A stretch of 64,000 nt of DNA from Synergistales bacterium (GCA_963666205.1 OY762654.1:1728001-1792000); one strand, 5' to 3'; numbered from the stretch's first letter, positions 1 to 10,977 are shown. Numbers and translations are program-made. Notes: generated by a model not told the origin, from the sequence alone.

Positions 1-62
1 GATCATTGCAATTGCTTCTACATAGCGATAAAATATTAAAGTAATAAATAGTACTGTGATTT

Positions 63-932
63 ATGTTAGAAAGGCATGATCGAATGAAAAGGCTGATTTC
101 TGTCATTGTGTCTGTATATCTTCTATCTGTATTTTTAACTGTGCCCTCTTTTTCGAAAGAGAGTCCAGATGTGGATGTTTCTGTACCATGGTCCTGGATG
201 TACAGTCCCATATCTGCTGTAAATGAAGGGTTCCAGATAATTTCATTCGAGGGGAACAACAAAGTAGACCTTTTCCTTATTCCTCTTCAGAGACAGGTGG
301 GAAATATCCCTGAAATCTGGCATTTAGGCCTTTCCATGAAGAAGGGGGATAAACTTGCCTTTGGTATTTCCTGGACTCCGGGATTGATTGAAGATGAAAT
401 GAAGGGCCCCCGGGATGAGAATTTAATCGAAAACAGGATCCCCTGGGGAACCTATGGGGCAATGGCCTGGAAAGAAAGTATGGAGATCCCACAAACCCTT
501 CATTGGGGTATCTTTTACAGACCGGAATCAGATCTTCTTGCCGAAGCAGGTCTTTCCTATACACAATGGAGCAGATACAGCACGGATAATAATTTCTCCT
601 TTAATTACGGAAATCAGTCACTTCAGGATACACTGGGTATTCAGCTTGGTCTGATTTACAGCCTGAATCAGACCATGAATATTCAGGCAGGTTACATTTT
701 TGATCCGTCGCCAATTGGCGGAGGTTCTTCCTTTCGGGGATATACCCCCTATGACAGACACATTCTTCGATTCGGGACCGGATACAGGAGGGGGGAACTT
801 GACATGAGTCTTTCATACATGTTTTTACTCTATGAGAACAGCGGTCAGCAGACTGGTAGCTCTGCTTCTGACCCCTTCATGGACGAGGAGGATGCCAGCC
901 AGCTGGAACTGAAGGTTCAATACAGGTTTTAG
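63..932 (+). CDS. Outer-membrane beta-barrel, OmpP1/FadL-like transporter
   Basis: N-terminal signal-like segment; alternating aromatic/hydrophobic strands (YTQWSRY, AGYIFDPSP); C-terminal barrel signature VQYRF. Short for the family. Confidence 0.6.
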   Translation: MLERHDRMKRLISVIVSVYLLSVFLTVPSFSKESPDVDVSVPWSWMYSPISAVNEGFQIISFEGNNKVDLFLIPLQRQVGNIPEIWHLGLSMKKGDKLAFGISWTPGLIEDEMKGPRDENLIENRIPWGTYGAMAWKESMEIPQTLHWGIFYRPESDLLAEAGLSYTQWSRYSTDNNFSFNYGNQSLQDTLGIQLGLIYSLNQTMNIQAGYIFDPSPIGGGSSFRGYTPYDRHILRFGTGYRRGELDMSLSYMFLLYENSGQQTGSSASDPFMDEEDASQLELKVQYRF

Positions 933-1067
933 AAATATCCTTCCACCCCTACCTTTCAAGATAAGGTAAAAACAAAATAACAATTTGCAAAACAAGAAAA
1001 TATAAGTATAATACCTCGTATATAAAGGTAATAAAGTTCTTATTACTATTTAAGCGAGGTATTTAAT

Positions 1068-1535
1068 ATGGATTACATCGACAGACAGATCCTGAAAGAA
1101 CTTATTAGCAATGGAAGGGTAACCCTGGCGGAACTGTCGGAAAAGCTGGGTCTTTCTTCTCCAAGTCTCTCGGAGAGGATAAGAAAGCTTGAAAGAAAGA
1201 AGATTATCAAGGGTTTTACCGCCATTATCGATCCTGAAAAGACAGGTTCCCCCCTTCTTTCCTTTCTTGCTGTTACCCTGGAAAAACCTTCTGATCGGGG
1301 GATCTTTCTTAAACTTGTTTCTGAAATGGATGAAGTCCTCGAATGTCACCATATAGCAGGTGATTTTGATTATCTTATCAAGGTAAGGTGCAGAAATACG
1401 GCCCATCTTGAAGACATAATAAGCAACAGGCTCAAATCACTTGAAGGAGTGGTCCGCACAAGGACAATGATAGCCCTTTCCAGCGTCAGGGAAATTTCTT
1501 TTCAGCCCACGGAAGGACCGGAAGAAGATCTATGA
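1068..1535 (+). CDS. Lrp/AsnC family transcriptional regulator
   Basis: MDxIDRQIL...ELSEKLGLSSPS HTH and C-terminal ECHHIAGDFDY RAM domain. Confidence 0.95.
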   Translation: MDYIDRQILKELISNGRVTLAELSEKLGLSSPSLSERIRKLERKKIIKGFTAIIDPEKTGSPLLSFLAVTLEKPSDRGIFLKLVSEMDEVLECHHIAGDFDYLIKVRCRNTAHLEDIISNRLKSLEGVVRTRTMIALSSVREISFQPTEGPEEDL

Positions 1536-2167
1536 TACCTGTCAGCATGGTGTTTCTGTTTTTCAAGGGAGCCGTCATGGGTTTTTCCATAGCTGCTCCT
1601 GTGGGGCCCATCGGAGTTCTATGTATAAGAAGGACTATTTCTCATGGAATGCTTAACGGACTGGTTTCCGGCCTGGGAGCAGCAACGGCCGACGGGTGTT
1701 ACGGAATTATCGCAGCAGCGGGCCTTACCACCCTTTCTTCTCTTCTCGTTGATAATCAGGTTCTTTTAAGAGTTGCAGGAGGTGCCTTTCTTCTTTACCT
1801 TGGCATAAAAACCCTTTTTTCAAAACCCTCAATTACAGCTTCCGGAGATGACAGGCCCCAGCCCGGGCAACTTGTTAAAGCCTATTCATCCATCTTTGCC
1901 CTCACCATAACCAATCCTATGACCATAATAAGTTTTACAGCCATATTCGCAGGTCTGGGCATTGGCTCTTCTGCTGGAAGCATAGGCGGTGCTGTGATAA
2001 TGGTGGCCGGGGTGTTTTCCGGTTCAGCTGCATGGTGGCTGATCCTCAGCGGTTCCTTTGGTCTTGTCCGAAGGAAGGTAAACCGGGGAATGATGCTCTG
2101 GGTCAACAGGGTGTCGGGGGTAGTTATCAGCACCTTCGGGGTGCTTGCCATAGCTTCTCTTTTGTAG
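1532..2167 (+). CDS. LysE family amino-acid exporter
   Basis: GFSIAAPVGPIG and LTITNP motifs, six TM helices; ATGA overlap with the Lrp gene. Confidence 0.93.
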   Translation: MIPVSMVFLFFKGAVMGFSIAAPVGPIGVLCIRRTISHGMLNGLVSGLGAATADGCYGIIAAAGLTTLSSLLVDNQVLLRVAGGAFLLYLGIKTLFSKPSITASGDDRPQPGQLVKAYSSIFALTITNPMTIISFTAIFAGLGIGSSAGSIGGAVIMVAGVFSGSAAWWLILSGSFGLVRRKVNRGMMLWVNRVSGVVISTFGVLAIASLL

Positions 2168-2186
2168 GATGGGTTTGATGCCTTTT

Positions 2187-2218
2187 AATCCAAAATCCAA
2201 AATCGGCAATCTAAAATC
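2187..2218. repeat. Heptamer tandem repeat (AATCYAA-like), copy 1
   Basis: AATCCAA AATCCAA AATCGGC AATCTAA AATC. Confidence 0.7.
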
Positions 2219-2565
2219 GATTCACCCCAGGGGATGCAGAGGTTTCGCAGAGTACCGCCGAGGAAAATCCGCCAAAACCCATTAAATAAACCGAAGGCGG
2301 GCGGACCTTCGGCCCTTAAAACTCACTGTTCTACTGTGCAAAATGGTGAACCCGATTTTGCACGAGAAAACATTAACTTCTCTTTCCAGGGTGGAATGCA
2401 GCTCATCAGGTAAGTTGTGATTTTGATGTTTAATTCAAAATCACACTTGTCCAAAAGCTATTCTGGACAAGTGTGGGAACAGGGCACCATTCCCTGGATG
2501 AAATTATCTTTATTGAGTGATATGTGATATTTTGTAGAAAATATTTTCTGAAGGAGGCCATGGGC

Positions 2566-3207
2566 ATGAACGAATTTATAGAGTGGCATAATGAAATAAC
2601 TGGCGAAACAGTTGTTAAAGCCCTTACTGGAAATGGTTTTTCTGCAACCTATTGCAAGACGGCAAAAGAAGCTGCCACAGCGATTCTTGATCAGATCCCT
2701 AATGAAGCAACAGTGGGTATGGGTGGTTCATGGACTGTAGGTGAATTGGGTTTGCCGGATGAACTTGCTGCACGAGGCAACAAAGTTCTGAATCATGGTA
2801 AAGCCGGATTGAGTAAGGAGGAAAAAAATGAGATCAGGCGGCAACAGCTTACCTGTGACGTTTTTCTGACAGGAACTAATGCTGTCACAATGGATGGAGA
2901 AATGATAAACGTGGATGGAACGGGCAACAGGGTCGCAGCAATGATCTATGGTCCCCACAAAGTCATTGTTGTGGTTGGCATTAACAAGATCGTGCAGAAT
3001 CTGACAGCGGCGATGGAGAGGATACAATCAATTGCTGCTCCGATCAATAACAAGCGTCTCGGATTGCCCAATCCTTGTACAAAGACTGGAGAATGTATGG
3101 ATTGCCAGGGGCCGACCAGGATTTGCAATGTGACGACTATTCTGCACAAACAGCCATTACTGTCTGATATTCACGTGTTTATCGTGGGTGAAAACCTGGG
3201 GTTCTAG
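2566..3207 (+). CDS. LUD-domain (lactate utilisation LutB/C-like, DUF1121) protein
   Basis: NVDGTGNRV, VVGINKIV and PCxxTGxCxDC motifs; start placed at ATG 2566 after AAGGAGG. Confidence 0.85.
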   Translation: MNEFIEWHNEITGETVVKALTGNGFSATYCKTAKEAATAILDQIPNEATVGMGGSWTVGELGLPDELAARGNKVLNHGKAGLSKEEKNEIRRQQLTCDVFLTGTNAVTMDGEMINVDGTGNRVAAMIYGPHKVIVVVGINKIVQNLTAAMERIQSIAAPINNKRLGLPNPCTKTGECMDCQGPTRICNVTTILHKQPLLSDIHVFIVGENLGF

Positions 3208-3481
3208 AATATAAATGAAAATATCAGTCCATAAAATGAAGAGGCTGTTTTGATAGACCGTACTGGCGAAAGCAGGCCCCCTATTTCTCAGGGAATAGCT
3301 TGAACAATAGGGGGCAGGTCTTTCGTGAACGGTTCTGTAGTATTAGCACAGAGGATTTAGATCCCCTTTGAAAAATAAAATGCCCTGGAGGACGTAAGTT
3401 TTTTTCTGTCCTTTCTCTCTTAACCCGAAATCCAGAAAAGACAATCCCAAATATCCGGTTCGTCGGATATTTCAATATGGG

Positions 3482-3510
3482 TTGGACTTCTGATGGGAAA
3501 GGCGTATAAT
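3482..3510 (+). promoter_or_regulatory. Sigma70-type promoter of tRNA-fMet
   Basis: TTGGAC-N17-TATAAT about 40 nt upstream of the tRNA. Confidence 0.6.
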
Positions 3511-3548
3511 TGGCGGGCTGTTGCAGGTTATCAAAACAACATGGATAT

Positions 3549-3624
<76 letters not shown>

Positions 3625-3634
3625 AATCAATACA

Positions 3635-3665
3635 GGGGTTCTGTCGGATGACGGAACCCCTTTTC
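3635..3665 (+). terminator. Intrinsic terminator after tRNA
   Basis: GGGGTTCTGTC-GGAT-GACGGAACCCC followed by a T-run. Confidence 0.8.
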
Positions 3666-3808
3666 CAGTTTAATCCTTGTCCACTAATTCCATACACCTA
3701 ATACACGAGGCCTTGCACGTGCGGTTTTGCAATACTATTCATGGAGCTGAACATTCCTTAATAAAAGATGACCCTAAGCTCATTTGGTGGACTATTGCCC
3801 TTGCTTTT

Positions 3809-3840
3809 AATACAAAATCCAAAATTGACGATCTAAAATC
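3809..3840. repeat. Heptamer tandem repeat, copy 2
   Basis: AATACAA AATCCAA AATTGAC GATCTAA AATC; aligns with 2187-2218. Confidence 0.7.
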
Positions 3841-4139
3841 GTCAGTGTCAGCCATTGATTTTAACCTTATGTATGCAATAATGATGATTACTCCCAATCT
3901 ATTGAATACTCCATTGAACTCTATCTTCTTTTAATATAGATTAATCCGGTGAGATATATTACTTTGAGGGACTGGATATTTCCCAAAGTGACCCTTCACA
4001 ACATGGCAAGCTTTGATGGATATCCGGAACAGGCCAGGGATTTGCCCGAGGCTCTTTTCAATTTCTATGAATTGAGTTTTTGCTGAAAGACGGCAGGGAA
4101 TTGATGACGGATTCTTAAACAGAGAAAGGAGAACATACA

Positions 4140-5081
4140 GTGAAAGCCAAAAGAGGAAAATATGTAGAAAAGCAGATATATCTTTATAATATCAGGATAC
4201 ATAAAGGGTCTTTCGGGCTTATGGTCTGTTTGACAGCCCTGTTTCTGGTTCTCTGGGTCTCGGGAGCACAGGCTCAATGGCCTGGCGTTGTGCCTTCCAG
4301 AGATGGGACACCCATTTCCTACGAGACCTATGGGGCCGGTGAACCTACCCTTGTATTCGTCCACGGCTGGAGTTGCGACAGCCGCTACTGGAGAGAGCAG
4401 ATTCCCTGTTTCTCAAGGAATAATCGTGTTGTCCTTCTGGATCTTGCCGGTCACGGGCACTCTGGTTCCGATCGTTCAGGGTATACCATGAGGGCTTTCG
4501 GAGAAGATGTTCAGTCGGTGGTAAATGTTATCGGCGGCGGGAGTGTCATCCTGATCGGGCATTCCATGGGCGGATCTGTCATTGCTGAAGCTGCCCGGCT
4601 TATGCCGGACCGGGTTCTGGGGCTGATAGGTATAGATACCCTCGAGAATGTGGAATATCCACTGACCCGTGAAGAGCTGGATCAGATGCTGTCAGCTTTT
4701 AAACAGGATTTCAAAGCCGGAACCAGGCATTTTGTGGAAAACATGATCCTGCCTGGAACTGAACCTTTGCTCAGGGAATGGATCATTTCTGATATGTCTG
4801 CTGCTCCGCCTGCTGTTGCCCTGAGCGCTATTGAAGAGATGATGACCCAGTACATTACAGGTGAAGCTGCAGGGATATTTGAAGAAATACCGATTCCCGT
4901 TGTGACAGTGAATGGGAGTCTCTGGCCTGTTAACGTTGAAGCGAACAGGAAGCATATGTTTTCTTTCGATGCCATTGTTCTCGATGATGCGGACCATTTC
5001 CTGATGCTGAACCAGGCGGAAAAATTCAACAAAGCACTTGAGGATGCAATTGATATGGTAGTGAAAAAGCGACTGAAATAG
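4140..5081 (+). CDS. Secreted alpha/beta-fold hydrolase
   Basis: HGW oxyanion motif, GHSMGG nucleophile elbow, C-terminal His (ADHF); signal peptide; true start may be ATG 4221. Confidence 0.9.
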   Translation: MKAKRGKYVEKQIYLYNIRIHKGSFGLMVCLTALFLVLWVSGAQAQWPGVVPSRDGTPISYETYGAGEPTLVFVHGWSCDSRYWREQIPCFSRNNRVVLLDLAGHGHSGSDRSGYTMRAFGEDVQSVVNVIGGGSVILIGHSMGGSVIAEAARLMPDRVLGLIGIDTLENVEYPLTREELDQMLSAFKQDFKAGTRHFVENMILPGTEPLLREWIISDMSAAPPAVALSAIEEMMTQYITGEAAGIFEEIPIPVVTVNGSLWPVNVEANRKHMFSFDAIVLDDADHFLMLNQAEKFNKALEDAIDMVVKKRLK

Positions 5082-5226
5082 AAATATTCTTATACAAGCC
5101 AGATTCCTGTCTTTGCTTTTATTCCTAAATTGTCAGGGTCAGAGTTCAGTAAGGCCTATTAGAAGTTTTTACTATAGCCCAAGCCCATTTCAAAGCCTGG
5201 TTGTTCATTGCAAGTTCCTATGAAGG

Positions 5227-5634
5227 TTAGCCGATTTGCTGGTCTTCCTGTTTGACATCAGCACCCTTTTCGATGAATAACTTTCTCAGCACTGATATAT
5301 GACAGTGTTCTTCATTTTCACAGTAACATCCTACAGAGAAGCTGGTCTGATGGGAAAGGGCGACTAAAAGTTCCAGGAGGTGGCTTTTTTCTGGTTTTGC
5401 CAATTCTGCACGGTATTTCCTTTTGAAGGCCATCCAGTCTTTTTCAGTCTTTGCGCTCTTTCCGAACTTCATTGTCTCAAGGCTCGGAGCAAGGTTCGGA
5501 AACCGGACATCGTACCAGTTCTTTGAGCTGAAATCTGCCTTTGATACTCCACGAGGGGGACGATTGACTATACCTATTCTAAGGCCTTCCCCTTCTACCC
5601 GCTCACTTCCCAGTCTTACAATACGAATGGACAT
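5227..5634 (-). CDS. DUF488/YeaO-like protein
   Basis: GEGLRIG..RPPRGV, PNLAPS and GCYCENEEHCH motifs; start ATG 5634 after GGAGG. Confidence 0.85.
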   Translation of the reverse strand: MSIRIVRLGSERVEGEGLRIGIVNRPPRGVSKADFSSKNWYDVRFPNLAPSLETMKFGKSAKTEKDWMAFKRKYRAELAKPEKSHLLELLVALSHQTSFSVGCYCENEEHCHISVLRKLFIEKGADVKQEDQQIG

Positions 5635-5711
5635 GGCTACCTCCATAAAAATTAAGCCTCTTCTCCGGAAATGAACAAAATCTTCTTAAGAAACAGGCTG
5701 GATTTATCTTG

Positions 5712-6120
5712 TTAATAATCGATGTTAAATCGGAATCCGAAAACAGGCAGCTTTCCCTGCATAAAATCAAGGTCTGCCGATCTCCTGAACCCCATATCTT
5801 CATACATTTTCCACGCTACCTGCATAAATTTTGTGGAATGTATTATCTATCACCTGGCTCCTTTTATTCCGCCTGTCTTTTTCAAGGCACTCAATGGTCA
5901 GTCCTTTTCCCATTCCCTCTCCCCTATGGGATGGATCAACAGTCAGAACCTGAAACCTGCAGCATTTTTCTCACTGGTTGCAGTACCGCCTGGTGCGTAA
6001 TATTTCATATCATTGAAATACACTACAGCCTCTACTCTCTTTCCAGTTGTTGAAACCGCTGCCAGAAGTCCCGGGTCCACTTCCGGTAGCACCGGATAAA
6101 GCTGAAAAAGATTTCCCTCT
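5712..6120 (-). pseudogene. Frameshifted GNAT N-acetyltransferase remnant
   Basis: Manual translation across three frames: AVVYFNDMKYYAPGGTATSEKNAAGFRF* / VDPSHRGEGMGKGLTIECL (acetyl-CoA motif A) / IIHSTKFMQVAWKMYEDMGFRRSADLDF..*. The 5' limit is approximate. Confidence 0.8.
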
Positions 6121-6360
6121 GTTTTTCACTTATCATTAAGATTACCCCCGGCAAGAAGTAAAATATCAATTCCTCTTTGCAGTTTATCATCTGGGTCATG
6201 GAAGTGCTTCTGATATGCAATTTATCTGCCAAAGGAACGAACTCTGGTTCGAGTATTCAAGTGTGCAGTGGCTGTTTTCCTGTTAAGGATCGGGGGAAGG
6301 ATCTTCAAGGAAATTGATATAATGATCAACATAAAAATCAGGAACCAGAGGATTTAAGCT

Positions 6361-7104
6361 ATGAAAGTCAAGGAAATCCATTCAAAAACCATTCTCTCGG
6401 TATCTAAAATTTATGATTATGTCATTAATCCATATGTTGGCTGTCAGCATGCATGTACCTACTGCTATGCCCGTTTTATGAAAAAATTTACCGGGCATAG
6501 TGAGCCATGGGGCGATTTTGTGGATGTCAAGATCAATGCTCCCGATCTGTTGCAGGTGGAGATAAAAAGGAAAAGGGAGGGGACCGTATGGGTAAGCGGA
6601 GTATGTGATCCTTATCAGCCCCTTGAAGCAAGATACAGGCTGACTCGAAGATGCCTTGAAATTCTTACACAAAATTGCTGGCCTGTTTTTATCCAGACCC
6701 GCTCTCCCCTGGTTCTCAGGGATATGGATATCCTTAAAGAAGCTGTAAATATGGAAGTGGGGTTTTCCATTACCACGGCAGACGATAGTATCAGGGAACT
6801 ATTTGAACCTCATGCTCCATCCATAAAAGACAGGCTTCGAGCACTTGAAGAATTGCATAACTCCGGGATAAGGACCTATGCCATGATCGCTCCTCTTCTT
6901 CCGGGAGCAGAAGCTCTGGCCGAATGCCTGGAAGGAATAGTTGACTACATCCTTGTTGATCGCATGAACTATCACTATGCCGACTGGATTTACAGGAAGT
7001 ACGGATTGGAAGACATGCTTTCTGAAGATTTCTTTTACCGTACAGCCCGAGAGATCGACCGGATGTCCAGGGAAGCTGGGATCGAATGCCGAATCGTTTT
7101 TTAA
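6361..7104 (+). CDS. Radical SAM protein, SplB-related DNA-repair family
   Basis: INPYVGCQHACTYCYA (CxxxCxxC) and DPYQP motifs. Confidence 0.88.
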   Translation: MKVKEIHSKTILSVSKIYDYVINPYVGCQHACTYCYARFMKKFTGHSEPWGDFVDVKINAPDLLQVEIKRKREGTVWVSGVCDPYQPLEARYRLTRRCLEILTQNCWPVFIQTRSPLVLRDMDILKEAVNMEVGFSITTADDSIRELFEPHAPSIKDRLRALEELHNSGIRTYAMIAPLLPGAEALAECLEGIVDYILVDRMNYHYADWIYRKYGLEDMLSEDFFYRTAREIDRMSREAGIECRIVF

Positions 7105-7185
7105 AATGATTATCTGCTGTTTAAAAGTTTAACGATATGATTTGTATTGATATTTTCATGTTCAGAAGGAACTGAGATTAATCCT

Positions 7186-10100
7186 TCAATTGCTGCTGCC
7201 GCTGTTTATGGCATCCTCGTCTATGAAGATCTGCTTGAGAAGGTTTTCCATGACCTGTTTTTTGAACTGGTCTCCGGCACTTTCCGAAGTGTCTGTGCCC
7301 TCCCCTGTGGGAATACTGACCTCGAACTTTATTTCTTTCTGATTCGGCATCCCCGGATCATTGTCCTGAGGGATTGAGGAAGCAGACGTAGTCGAATTAT
7401 CAATTTCAAGACTGTAAAGGGCTGGTTTGCTCCAGGTTCCTACAAGTTCGAAGTTGATCTTTCTGAAATCGGGACCTGAATATCCTCCCACCAGTCCGGA
7501 AAGGAAATCCTGAAGAAGAAGATTTGCATCTCCGCCATTGCCGCTTCTTACTATCCCCTGGATAACACCCTGAAGGGCATTAAGGGCCTGGGTGTTTATC
7601 TGTCCGCTGCATTTGAGGTCCATGTTTGTATGGGGACCTCCAAGGGCACCGCTGAAGGAGAGATATTTATATACTTTATCGTCGGGATATGCCGATACTC
7701 TGCTTCCGGGCAGAAGATAGACATTCCCTCCATCTAGGTTGAAACAGGTGTTCAGATTACGATATTTCAGAATGCCGTCCTGGGTCAGTGATTTCAGGGC
7801 ATCAAAGCCGCCTACGGTACCCTCTCTAAGAGCCATGGAACCTGTTCCTGAAAGAAGATATACTTTGTCGAGAACCCCGGAGAGAGCGATTTCAAGGTCG
7901 CCTTTTCCTGTGCTGTTAACTTTGAATTCCCTGAAGTCCCGGGAGAATCTTGCCAGGTCTGCATCTTTAAGGATCAAGCCCATTTCCCATTTAGCCTTAT
8001 CCATATCTAAACTGCCTTCCATCAGTGCATTGCCACCGTAAATTCCGGCAGAGGCTCCCTTGCTTATCATCTTATTACCCTTCAAAGTAAAGGGTATTAC
8101 AAGGTTGTTCATGTTGTATCCCTGGATGGTCATCTTTGAGGAAGTAAGTTTCCCTTCCCCCCTAATGGAATGCCCTGTGATCTTTCCCTTGCAGGTAAAA
8201 TTGAAATTACCCTGTAAGGTGCTTTTCAGGTTTCCCATTATTTTCTCAGTAAGTTTTTCCGCATCAAGGTCCCTGCCCGTTGATTCAAACGTTATTTCCA
8301 GGCCGGATTCCTTTTTCGTGGCCACAGTGCCTGTTATCTCCAGAGGTGTATCTCCTGTATATGTTCTGAGGAGATATTCCACAGGTTCTTCCCTGTTTTC
8401 CCCAAGCCTGGTTTCAAGTTCCAGACCGTCAAATGTCAGTCCTCCCAGGTTGAATGTCTTTGAAGAAACAGACATGGAGATCTCTGGATGTTTTAGAACT
8501 CCAGTTATGGTGATATCCGTTGAAACCACTCCGGAAACTGGAAGGTCAGGGAAGGCTTTTTCTGTAAGTGAAAAGAGGTCCAGGCTCTCTATAGTAGTCC
8601 TCAAATCAAGGGTATCCTTATCTTCATCCAGAAGCTTAATGGTTCCGCTGCTCCTGAGGGGGGAACCTGCAAGGTCGGCCTTCATCCCTTTGATGAAAAG
8701 TTTTCCATCCCGTGCCTTTATTGAAGCTTTTGCGGCCTTGAGGGGAAGACCGTTGATACTTAATCCTGAAGAGTCAAGAGTTGCTGCGACTTCCGGGGCA
8801 GAAGGTGAACCCAGAATCGAAAAAACGGAATCTACTTTTCCCTTTATGTTCAGAGGTACTCCCAGGTCTGCTGCAAGGTTCTGAATTTTCATCCCGGTAG
8901 ACTTTCCCTTGAGATCAAAGCATGGGCTACTCTCTTCAGGGAACTTTACCTGGCCGGAAAGGTTAAGTTTTCCCCCGGCAAGATCTGAAGTAAAAGATTT
9001 AAGTGACAGGATCCCATTTTCAAAAGTTCCCGAAGAGTTGATATTCTTGATGTCAAGAGTCTTAAAAGCCTTTACACCTGGAGAGGAAAGGGTCATCTCT
9101 CCACGGGGAGACTTTCCATTGATATCAAGCAGGCGTCCTTTTCCTTTAAATGAGGAACCCATCCATTTCGTTTCCAGATTCTCCACCTTTGTTTCCTCTC
9201 CCGTATTAAGGAAGGAAAATCGAAGATCCTGAAGAAGATGTTCCTGTAGTCTAGCCTTATCGGAACCGAAAGATCCGGATATTTTGAGATCATTAGTGTA
9301 GCCTTTAAGGATGGCCTTTCCAGCCAGGGTGCCCTGGAGATCAAGACTTCCCACGACAGGATATCTGTTCTTCATCTGATGGATATCCAGGTCCTTCGTT
9401 TCAAAACTCATATCCAGGTATGAGGCTGGTTTTACGATATGGATAGATCCCTCTCCCTTGATATTGGCTTTGTACCAGGTGCCATTTGCCCGAAGGTTGA
9501 GATCTTTACCGTTATTCAGCTCCAGATCTGCAGAAAGCTTTTCGAAAGGATGTCCTTGTATGACTGCTCCCTTTCCGGTGTGAAAGGATACACTGCCTGA
9601 CAGTTTTTTGAAGGGACCTTTGAGATTGACTTCAATGTTATCCAACCTGCCAGTGGCAAAATCGAGCCAGGGCAGCGGTGTGTACCAGTCTGCAACATTC
9701 AGATCCCTTCCACTCAGTTTCAGCAGCGATTCAAGGGGGCCGCCAGTAAAGATTATGTCAATATCACCAGATACGGGTGAGCCAAAAACAAGAGAATCTA
9801 TATTAGAGAAGGAAAGGGTCCTGTCGAAGAATTTCCAGCTTGCCCTCCCTTTGTCAAATCGGAATCGGGCTACAGAAAAATCTCTCGCTGAAAGACTGCC
9901 TTCCAGTAGAGGAGTTTTAAACGGTCCTGTTATCGTAAGATCCGTATTGACCCCTCCCTTTAAACGGGCCTTTACTGTCTTCGGGATCAGCTTTGAAATA
10001 AAGGAAAGGTCAGGAGTGGAAAACTTTCCGGCAAGATCCAGATCCTTTCCTGCTGTTCCAGATAGAGATAGCAGAGTTGCCCCGGATGTTATATCCATTT

Positions 10101-10692
10101 TTTCAACAGCAAAGGAATTCTCATCCTTCACTATTATGATATCTGCTTCAAAGTCCATGCCATTCAGTATGGCTTTTCCTTCTCCATGTAATTGCCCCGT
10201 AGAAGGGATCTTTACCACAAGGTCTTTCACCTCAAGAAGAGAGGATCCTGAAGAGAAAGAACAGTTCTCAAATTCCATTCTGCTGAGGAAATTTTCGGAA
10301 TTCGGCATCTGATCAGCCTGATACCTGGAAAGGACGGAGGTCAGCATGTCAACATCAAAACGGGCATCCCTGAAGTAAAGGTTCGATAGATGGAGTTTCC
10401 CTTTGAGGAGGGCCTGCTTTTCAAAACCCACTTTCAGAAAGGATGCTTTAATGACCCTTGTACCATCGCCTGACTCTATATTGATATTTTTCAATGTAAA
10501 GCCTGTAACGGGATTCCCATTTATCTCTTCAGTTCGAAACTGGAAGCCTGAAAGATCATTGATCCTTTTTTCCAGTTCGGTCTTGAGGGTTTCAGTACCT
10601 ATGTTATTCCTTTTAAGGAAAAGGGCAGATAAAGAAAGGCCTGCCACAAAAATAACAAGGAGTAAAAGAAGGATCCTGGATTTATTTTTCAT
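7186..10692 (-). CDS. AsmA/TamB-like envelope protein
   Basis: 1168 aa, one N-terminal TM anchor followed by a long beta-rich repetitive region. Confidence 0.7.
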   Translation of the reverse strand: MKNKSRILLLLLVIFVAGLSLSALFLKRNNIGTETLKTELEKRINDLSGFQFRTEEINGNPVTGFTLKNINIESGDGTRVIKASFLKVGFEKQALLKGKLHLSNLYFRDARFDVDMLTSVLSRYQADQMPNSENFLSRMEFENCSFSSGSSLLEVKDLVVKIPSTGQLHGEGKAILNGMDFEADIIIVKDENSFAVEKMDITSGATLLSLSGTAGKDLDLAGKFSTPDLSFISKLIPKTVKARLKGGVNTDLTITGPFKTPLLEGSLSARDFSVARFRFDKGRASWKFFDRTLSFSNIDSLVFGSPVSGDIDIIFTGGPLESLLKLSGRDLNVADWYTPLPWLDFATGRLDNIEVNLKGPFKKLSGSVSFHTGKGAVIQGHPFEKLSADLELNNGKDLNLRANGTWYKANIKGEGSIHIVKPASYLDMSFETKDLDIHQMKNRYPVVGSLDLQGTLAGKAILKGYTNDLKISGSFGSDKARLQEHLLQDLRFSFLNTGEETKVENLETKWMGSSFKGKGRLLDINGKSPRGEMTLSSPGVKAFKTLDIKNINSSGTFENGILSLKSFTSDLAGGKLNLSGQVKFPEESSPCFDLKGKSTGMKIQNLAADLGVPLNIKGKVDSVFSILGSPSAPEVAATLDSSGLSINGLPLKAAKASIKARDGKLFIKGMKADLAGSPLRSSGTIKLLDEDKDTLDLRTTIESLDLFSLTEKAFPDLPVSGVVSTDITITGVLKHPEISMSVSSKTFNLGGLTFDGLELETRLGENREEPVEYLLRTYTGDTPLEITGTVATKKESGLEITFESTGRDLDAEKLTEKIMGNLKSTLQGNFNFTCKGKITGHSIRGEGKLTSSKMTIQGYNMNNLVIPFTLKGNKMISKGASAGIYGGNALMEGSLDMDKAKWEMGLILKDADLARFSRDFREFKVNSTGKGDLEIALSGVLDKVYLLSGTGSMALREGTVGGFDALKSLTQDGILKYRNLNTCFNLDGGNVYLLPGSRVSAYPDDKVYKYLSFSGALGGPHTNMDLKCSGQINTQALNALQGVIQGIVRSGNGGDANLLLQDFLSGLVGGYSGPDFRKINFELVGTWSKPALYSLEIDNSTTSASSIPQDNDPGMPNQKEIKFEVSIPTGEGTDTSESAGDQFKKQVMENLLKQIFIDEDAINSGSSN

Positions 10693-10855
10693 GGAAGTTA
10701 CAGCAACTCCTGACTATCTTTCATATTTTGAAAACTTTTTTACCTTTTCTCTTTTTCTCGATATTGGCTGAAGTATATAAAAACCCTTCATATAATAGAG
10801 GAAGAATATTTTTTTTTCACTGTAAAATTACCTAAAAGGGAGGGATTCTGCGTTT

Positions 10856-10977
10856 TATGGATAATTAGAAAGGGAAAGTGGATATTTCATCAACAATATG
10901 TGGATATGTGTATAAACTTGTGGAAAAGATGACCTAAATATGGTCTGAACTCCCTTCAAAACAACCTTTGTGGATAA
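10856..10977. promoter_or_regulatory. DnaA-box cluster (candidate oriC or DnaA regulatory site)
   Basis: Co-oriented TGTGGATAA-type boxes at 10856, 10877, 10899, 10907, 10919 and 10969; three match TTWTNCACA exactly. AT-rich stretch to the left. Confidence 0.65.

Noticed and set aside
7739-10771. Long + strand ORFs (274, 234, 122 aa)
   Set aside because: Antisense shadows of the AsmA/TamB-like gene with no recognisable motifs.
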